This document shows, piece by piece, positions 56,670 to 64,000 of a stretch of 64,000 nucleotides of DNA (position 1 is its first letter; every line of letters begins with the position of its first letter). The notes under the pieces are model-generated. The model was not told the origin of the DNA, made no database searches, and was given only the letters and a program-made list of their open reading frames with translations. Source of the DNA: Eledone cirrhosa (Eukaryota); NCBI GenBank assembly GCA_964016885.1, contig OZ024748.1, forward strand, positions 7,874,001 to 7,938,000, given 5' to 3'. Both the position numbers and the translations under genes were made by a program.

Positions 56670-57484
56670 ATAATAATAAATTTGAAGACTAAAATCCAAA
56701 GAGGGCTCGATAAGGATAAATATATATCAAATATATAAGAACCGTAGAGCAAATATTTATTAAAATAACAGATTAAAGTTTAAGCAAAGAATCGCTGCTT
56801 TCACCCTTAACGGGATCTTCTGAAACTAACAAAATCAATCTGTGAACGCAGAAGTGAATATTTCAAAAAACGTTGCAACCGGAGGAAGACAGGAAGACGA
56901 TACTTTGTTGGTTCGTGGAAACGTTCCCTGGCAAAAAACGGGAAAAAACGAATATAATACATCATTATTTGGAGCGGTGAAAAACAATCACACGCAAAGA
57001 CAGAACCACGTTTATGGTATAACTGAAGTCGTAGACTAATATTCTCTTAGGTGGTTCATAGAGACGTTCTCTGGCAATGAACGGAAAAAACGAAGATAAT
57101 ACGTCGTATGTGGAGCGTGGAGAACAATTGCACGCAAAGACAAAACCACGTAAATGGTATAACTGAAGTCGTAGACTAAAATTCTAATTATATAAGTCTG
57201 ATTTATATAATATACAAATGCTTTGGAAAAGACATGAATGCCATAATTTAGTTTTATCAGACCTGTCAATTCTCTCTGTGAGATTTCCCACCCCAGAATG
57301 GGTGGGAGAGAGATATCTTCTCTTGTGAAACTGGGTATAGCTTTCATTAAGTAAAATCTCCCCATTTTGCCTCATTTCTCCCTGTTTTGAGACACCTTTT
57401 TTCATGGTACCCGGCGTTTCGGTTTTTAGAGGTTGGCAGGTCTACTTTAGGATTATGTAAAAAAACAAAATCAACATTACTGAC

Positions 57485-57639
57485 TATTTTTATTGTACAC
57501 AAGTTGTGTTCCTGGTTTGTTTCTTGCCTCGTCACTGAACCAATAATCGTTGCTGTCTTCCACACGTGATTGGTCGTTAAGCCATTTAAATACTGACTGA
57601 CTTGTTGAGCCTCTTTCACCGCCTGTCCACCAGAGGGTG
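57485..57639 (-). CDS. Cont: Contactin exon, CTLD (TLWWTGG...FKWLND...YW...LVY)
   Basis: ttgcag acceptor, gtcagt donor; WWTG and F.W..D motifs; phase 2 to 1. Different frame from the track ORF 57347..57673. Confidence 0.88.
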
Positions 57640-57806
57640 CTGCAATAGGAAAATATATAGAATAAACATTCAACTAATAGATAGAATCACTCACAGCCGC
57701 ACACATATACAGACACGCACACACATACACACACACATGCACACACACACATACAAACACGCACACATGCATAACCGCACAGATACACACACATACACAC
57801 ACACAC

Positions 57807-57909
<103 letters not shown>

Positions 57910-57949
57910 CACTCTCTCTCTCTTTCTCTCTCTCTCACACAAACACACA

Positions 57950-57981
<32 letters not shown>

Positions 57982-58160
57982 TGGAGATAGATAAAGAATT
58001 CAATAATCCACAATATAATATATTGGTTTCTGCGTTGGACAGAAAGCCAGAAATTTGGGAAAGAGAAAAGTCGATATAAACCAAAGTAAAATGTAAGCCA
58101 CTGAACCTGAAGATCCAGAACAAGCAGTCCCATGTATTTGCCCGTTGACAATCTGCCATA

Positions 58161-58566
58161 TAATTGTTTCTACTTTTGGCACAAGGCCAGCAATTATCCC
58201 AGTGTATTACTGGTACTTTATTTTATCAACCCCGTAATAATTGTTTCTACTTTTGGCACAAGGCCAGCAATTATGCCAGTGTATTACTGGTACTTTATTT
58301 TATCAACCCCGTAATAATTGTTTCTACTTTTGGCACAAGGCCAGCAATTATGCCAGTGTATTACTGGTACTTTATTTTATCAACCCCGTAATAATTGTTT
58401 CTACTTTTGGCACAAGGCCAGCAATTATGCCAGTGTATTACTGCTACTTTATTTTATCAACGCCGTAATAATTGTTTCTACTTTTGGCACAAGGCCAGCA
58501 ATTATGCCAGTGTATTACTGGTACTTTATTGGATTTGAATTCAGACCATAAAGGGCCGTAACTCTA
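58161..58566 (-). repeat. 77-bp tandem amplification of a SINE 3' portion (~5 copies)
   Basis: taattgtttctacttttggcacaaggccagc... repeated every 77 bp, then a SINE head remnant. Confidence 0.92.
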
Positions 58567-58768
58567 ATATATTAGAAACGCTATTTGGATAATATTGTAT
58601 GCTTAACAGAATCATTTAAAAAATATGTGAAAAGTCTAAAATTTGTTTCAAGCTCGTTAGACCGGTGTGTACCTCGGCTTCCTTGGCGTTAAGTGACTAC
58701 AAGACTCACTCCTGGACAGGACGACAGTCCATTGCAAGTTTTACATAATAGAAGATATCAATACTTAC

Positions 58769-58854
58769 TTGCTTATATATTTTGTTTTTAACGATTGCTT
58801 CAAAAAAATGTGTTCCTTTATGTCTGTTACATAAACCAAGTCCGCACCATTTTC
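58769..58854 (-). CDS. Cont: Contactin exon, CTLD (ENGADLVYVTDIKEHIFL...)
   Basis: tttcag/gtaagt; GA.LV.....E..F motif; phase 0 to 2. Confidence 0.9.
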
Positions 58855-58994
58855 CTGAAATTAGTACAGTTCACGATATTTCTGTCAGATATAACTATCG
58901 ATATATCAATACATCAGCTTTAGCTGATAACACATAGAAGCTCAGTCACTACCTATATAATTACCTGTATATATCCATATATATCCATATATAT

Positions 58995-59132
<138 letters not shown>

Positions 59133-59166
59133 ATATATATATGGATATATATATATATATATATAT

Positions 59167-59279
<113 letters not shown>

Positions 59280-59306
59280 TATATATATATGGATATATAT
59301 ATGTTT

Positions 59307-59505
59307 ATGATTTAGGCACAAGGCCAGCGACTTGTGGGGAGGGGGAAGTTGATCAAATCGACTCCAGTGCATTACTGGTACTTTATTTTACCGACCCCAT
59401 AAGGATGAAAGGCAAAGTTAACCTCGGCGGGATTTGAACTCAGATCATAAAGGGCCGTAACTCTATGTTGCAAAACATGGCATTCAACCCTCTACCGATA
59501 CTGCC
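59307..59505 (-). mobile_element. SINE family A (longer-tail variant); more partial copies near 11.4, 14.3, 17.6, 25.8, 27.5, 34.0, 35.6, 41.8, 51.1, 59.6 and 60.2 kb
   Basis: Same core with an extra ggggagggggaagt segment. Confidence 0.85.
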
Positions 59506-60027
59506 CTAAATATTGACATTATAATGATACCAGTAATGCACTGGGTGATTGCTGGCCTTGTGCCTAAAGTAGAAACAATTATAATGATCAGTAAAATAAT
59601 AATTGTTTCTACAGTTGGCACAAGGCCAGCAATTATCCAGTACATTACTGGTACTATATTTTATCGACCTCGTAAGAGACACAAAGCTTACAATCTGTGG
59701 GGGGTGGGGGGTGAAATGGATTATCCTGACTCAATACATTACTGGTACATTATTTCATCGACCTCGGAAGGATGAAAGGCATAATTGATATCGGAAGGAT
59801 TTGAACTCTGAATTTAGTGAACCCGAACAAATATCTGATACCTTAATGACTCTGCAACGTATTACCTTAATGGTAAAGGGACTTTAACTCTTAATGGAGT
59901 CATAATGGCACCAGGTCAGATCGCAGCCGATTTCTTCTGGGGAAAGAAGGACAGGTTTGTTTCTCTCACATCAAATATTAGGACTATCATAGAATATTGA
60001 ACTTGTTCAACAGTAAGCAAGTCTTAC

Positions 60028-60122
60028 CTCGCATTTAGCAACTGCACTGTCAAATTTCACCGCGGGATTTGGAACAAATTGGTAGCAAAACAAATTGTAA
60101 GTTACCCAGGAAATTGGACAGC
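60028..60122 (-). CDS. Cont: Contactin exon, CTLD start (CPISWVTYNLFCYQF...SAVAKCE)
   Basis: ttttag acceptor, gtaag donor; CP..W...CY.F...A...C lectin-fold motif. Confidence 0.9.
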
Positions 60123-61755
60123 CTAAAATATTAACGAAAAAATAATTGTTGTTTATTCACAAATACAGAATGATTTATTTATTAAAGTCTCGTTGTTTAT
60201 ACAAACGGATTTATGTAATGTTTATCCTTCCATTGAGGGGAGGGGAAAGTCGATTAAATCGACACCAGTGCATTACTGCTACTTTATTTTATCGACCCCG
60301 TAAGGACGAAAAGCAAATGTATATATTTATTTACTGCACGACATGTTAAATACTCCCAAGTCATTTTCTTAGATAAATATTCACATGAAAAAGTCAGTAA
60401 AATGAAAGAAAGCTTGAAAAATATTAAACTATGATCTGAAAATGTTCTATGGACACTCAAAAAAGAAAACTTCAACCAATACCACCACGCCCTAGGCCCA
60501 TCACACTCCCTCTTCACCCCACCCCCTCCTTCTGTGACCCTAGAGCCCTTGTCTTTCCCTTCCTATTCCGTCTTAAAATATTAATAAAGATAATTTTAGA
60601 AAGAGGACAACTATCGACAACATCAGTTTTTACGAAGGGTGAAGGAAAAGAATATTACATTGAAATCGTAAAATACGTTTTAAGAAAAAAACACTAATGA
60701 ATATTGCTGTCTATTGCTGTGTTTCTTATTTCAGGGGCGCTGGAACTGGAATGGGGTAGGGAGGTGTAGGAGACCCACCCCCACCCAATTATTATATTTT
60801 TCTCCCTAAGCTATCAAAACACACATCTATTTATATATACTCTACAATTTATGTACATGTTATGTTTATCGCATATCGAAGTTTTCTGACGATTTTAGAG
60901 TTCAAAGATCTAAACTAATCACTACAACTAAATTGACTAAATTTGCTCTCCCCACCCCCAGAAATTATGAAATGCTTAATCAATTATATCTAGAGTTCTA
61001 ATGAGTGGAAACGTTTCATTATTTACAAAAGCAATTAATTAACTACTTTTAAATTTTATTTCTGGAATTTATCATGTAAATACAGTTTAATAGAAAAAGA
61101 AAATTTAGATTGAGAAGAATGGAATGTAAAATAGGAGAATATAGAGGAAAAAGAGAAAAAGAAAAAACAGGAAGCGGGGAGGGAATGGCAAGAACTCTAA
61201 AGTGATAGAAGAATGGGGAGGGGAAGGGGGATGATTGGGCTCTGGGCCCAGGGCGCGGCGGTAGAGGGCTGCACCTTGCGGACATATGATTTAAAATATT
61301 TGATACAACATTACAAAATCTACATATATTAGCATAACATCTAATCTAGATGTAGAAACAGGAAGAGAGATTCTGAACTGAACAGGCCAAGAATAATAGA
61401 ATAGGTATATTAAAAGAATAACAGAATATATATATTAAATAAAATGAAATATGTGATCAAATCCGATATTATACAAAATATTTTTTTTCTTTTAATTCAC
61501 CACCATAGGCGCTGAGCTGGCCAGCCGCAGGTGTGAGCCCCACGAGTTGGAGTGGCTCTTCCAGCGCATCTCCCTTTCCATCCTCCGAGGAAACGACTTC
61601 TCCATCCTGCCCGCCGGGGCTGTGGGGAGGCCAGCACATAGGACCCCATTTGCTCACCATACGGATTAATAGGCAAAGTTATAAACTATTGTAAATAAAT
61701 GTTTGTGATACAAAAGATAGAAGAGTAAACAAGAAAAACACAAGAAATATCTAAC

Positions 61756-61901
61756 TAATACAACTTTTCGATTGAAATGGCTGGAAAATAAATGAATTAA
61801 TGAGACTGCAAAGAAAAACAAACCAAAAAACACTATGTGACATTATGTGACATTATGTGAGTAACCATTGTATAATTTAAACCTTACAGACAAATAAACA
61901 T
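61756..61901 (-). CDS. Candidate signal-peptide exons of contactin (61901-61888 and 61805-61756 or 61762)
   Basis: ATG TTT ATT TGT CT|gtaagg...tttgcag|T CTC ATT gives MFICLLINSFIFQPFQSKS, phase-compatible with the 60122 exon. The second donor (gttag or gtatt) is weak. Confidence 0.35.
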
Positions 61902-62509
61902 TTTCAGTATTGAATGGGGACATGTTTCCAAGTTGTTGGCCACCTGAAACTCAGGTGGTTTAGTCAACAACCAATTGTAAGGTTCTTTAATTTACATATC
62001 GCTTTATTGTATGAATTTTCAATGTTTCCTCGCGTCTTTTATCAATTCATAATAACAGCAAAGTTTCCCATAGACTTCCCACCTTCCACAATAAGCTAAC
62101 ATAATGCAATACTGTCTTTTTAATATTTATTCAGCAATAGAACAAATATAAACACACATCTCAAAAGTCGTCGTTGTTTCTTAGGTTATTTTGACAAGAC
62201 TAATTATCATGAACGTACATGTGTTATATATATATATATATATATATATAAATATATTAGTTTTGCGAGGTTTTTTATATGAAATCGTGTGTCGAAACAA
62301 ATATTGTTATACTTGGGGAGGGTCATATTTGTGTAATATTGCCAGAATTAATAACAGAACACACTCACTGTTTGGTTGGTTTTCGCTTCTCGCTTCTGTG
62401 TCTTTTATATCGGTAATCTAACTTACTCGGTCCTCAATGTTGCCATTGACTGACCGACGGTCAAAAATAATACAGCTACAATATAGACACAAGCACATAT
62501 ATATAGTTT

Positions 62510-62551
62510 ATCATAAATCTTTCGTTGCACATCTGCAACATCGTCAGTGGT
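62510..62551 (-). ncRNA. Minimal type I hammerhead ribozyme in PLE 3' tail
   Basis: acca CTGACGA t gttgca-gatg-tgcaac GAAA gatt TA tgat; stem I imperfect. Confidence 0.7.
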
Positions 62552-62796
62552 GTTATCGTTTCCTCCTGTTGTATTATATGTCTACGCCATTTTTATTCAG
62601 TCTGTCTATATATTTATTTATTTATTTGCTTGTTTGTTTATTTTATTTTGTCTTCTTTGCGCATGCGTTTGCGTGTGTGTAGTGTTTTGTTTGCTGTGTG
62701 ATGGGTGACTAGTGTATGTTTATGTGCTTGTTGTTATTGTGTTTGTGTATGTATGTATTTATTTATTTATTTATTTATTTTATTTTATTTACTTAT

Positions 62797-63999
62797 TTAT
62801 ACTTCTCTTAGGTCAGTGTTGTTTGTTTGGGTGTTGTTGTTATTCCATTCATTCTTTCTGTTTAGTCTTGGCCTTCTAATTTCTATTTCACTGGCCTCTC
62901 TGATTTGCCTATCTGCTGGGTCATTTCTATGTTTAGATATTATTCTAATTTCTGTGTTGTCTATGTTACCGTCGTGTTGTTGTCTAGCATGTTCGTATAG
63001 TACTGACCCGTTTTTTCGTCCTTTTAGTTCCCCCCAGTGTTGGTCTATCTTTTCACCTATGCTACGAGCTGTCTCACCTATGTATGTTGTTGTCATGTTT
63101 CTGCAAGTACCCTCTGTACATCTTATGCTATAGACTACGTTTCTAGTTTTACAGTTTATCCGGGGGTTTACCTTACATATGATACACTTCCTATTGGTAC
63201 AGTGGGTTTTCTTAAAAGGGTAGGTTTTGCTGATCAGGGATTTTATGGTGGTTCCTGGCTTTTCTACCACCTTAATTTTTAAGTGGGTCTTTCTCAGGGC
63301 CTTTCTACACTGGTTAGCTAATTTCCCTCCGGGGGTGGCGTCCACAAACATGACACTCTGGTATCTCTGGTTGTCGTACCATGAGGTGGCTTTCCCTATC
63401 TTATGTCTAGCCCTATCTAAGCTATTCCATGATTTGCTCCTGTATAATGGGCAAATTCCTTTCATGTCCAGTTCTATGAGGGTATTATACTTCTCCATGG
63501 CTCCTTCGTATACTCTAACTCTGTCTCTTTGGTTGTAGCCAGAGAACTGCATGCGGTTGATGAAGTGTTGGATGTGTCTTTCCATTTCTGTTGGGTCGCA
63601 CATGCTGGACACATTCTTCATCACTCGTACCAAATCTGCGATCAGAATATTAAACTTAGCACTACTGGACATTGCTGAGTTTTTGAGTATCAGGTATTTG
63701 GAGGCCATGGGTTTAGCATAGTGTGAGTGGAGAATTTGGGCTCTCTCGTCTATAGTGTTAATCCAGAGTTCTGTGTCTAATACAGGTAGTCTATTGTTAG
63801 GGTGTTTGGAAGGGAAGTCGATAGTTACAGTAATACTCTGGTGTATGGAATTAGCTATCTGCTGGATGCTTTCCATCGTGCTACGTTCTAAATCAAACTT
63901 GTTGGTGCTTTCTAGTGGGGATGTTCTTATAACTATATTGATATCGTCTACATAACGAGAGTACATGATGAGGTCTATGGAGCTCTCATTAAGGAGATC
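62797..63999 (-). CDS. Penelope-like element ORF (RT C-terminus/thumb, Cys knuckle, GIY-YIG endonuclease); truncated by window edge
   Basis: YSRYVDD RT motif, MQFSGY thumb, CTNRKCIIC knuckle, NVVYSIRC...C...YIGETAR...H GIY-YIG. Frame is open to the window end. Confidence 0.93.
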   Translation of the reverse strand, partial: DLLNESSIDLIMYSRYVDDINIVIRTSPLESTNKFDLERSTMESIQQIANSIHQSITVTIDFPSKHPNNRLPVLDTELWINTIDERAQILHSHYAKPMASKYLILKNSAMSSSAKFNILIADLVRVMKNVSSMCDPTEMERHIQHFINRMQFSGYNQRDRVRVYEGAMEKYNTLIELDMKGICPLYRSKSWNSLDRARHKIGKATSWYDNQRYQSVMFVDATPGGKLANQCRKALRKTHLKIKVVEKPGTTIKSLISKTYPFKKTHCTNRKCIICKVNPRINCKTRNVVYSIRCTEGTCRNMTTTYIGETARSIGEKIDQHWGELKGRKNGSVLYEHARQQHDGNIDNTEIRIISKHRNDPADRQIREASEIEIRRPRLNRKNEWNNNNTQTNNTDLREV

Positions 64000-64000
64000 T

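Larger units (their letters stand above)
62250..64000 (-). mobile_element. Penelope-like retroelement (Naiad/Neptune-like) with 3' tail ending at a (TA)n tract
   Basis: ORF plus ~550 bp tail containing a hammerhead and the motif atgaccctccc.aagtataacaatat shared with short copies; abuts (TA)n at ~62226-62250. Clade assignment is from memory of motifs. Confidence 0.85.

Noticed and set aside
57347-57673. 108-aa ORF as a protein
   Set aside because: It overlaps the real CTLD exon in a different frame and runs into a MITE.
60370-60435. Alternative signal-peptide exon (HSLIFFKLSFILLTFS)
   Set aside because: Weak donor and no compatible upstream ATG exon found; the 61.8-61.9 kb candidate fits better.

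Overview
AT-rich, microsatellite-dense animal genomic DNA; the SINE families look cephalopod-like, probably octopus (inference). The main feature is one minus-strand, ~41 kb gene for an invertebrate-type contactin: N-terminal C-type-lectin-like domain, 6 Ig, 4 FN3, C-terminal GPI signal. I reconstructed it by hand as 23 phase-compatible GT-AG coding exons (60122 to 19373; 3632 nt, ~1209 aa); the signal-peptide exon(s) are only tentatively placed. The window ends inside a Penelope-like retroelement (RT plus GIY-YIG, Naiad/Neptune-like) whose 3' tail carries a minimal hammerhead ribozyme. Short hammerhead-bearing elements from several families, some as long fold-backs, lie beside (TA)n tracts across the window. 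Also present: many tRNA-derived SINEs, LINE 3' fragments (RTE, CR1-like, CRE-like), mariner/Tc1 MITEs, a Helitron and several minisatellites, one filling an intron with about 13 ACUAAC motifs. Most ORFs in the supplied track are microsatellite artefacts. All calls come from reading the sequence; no database searches were run.
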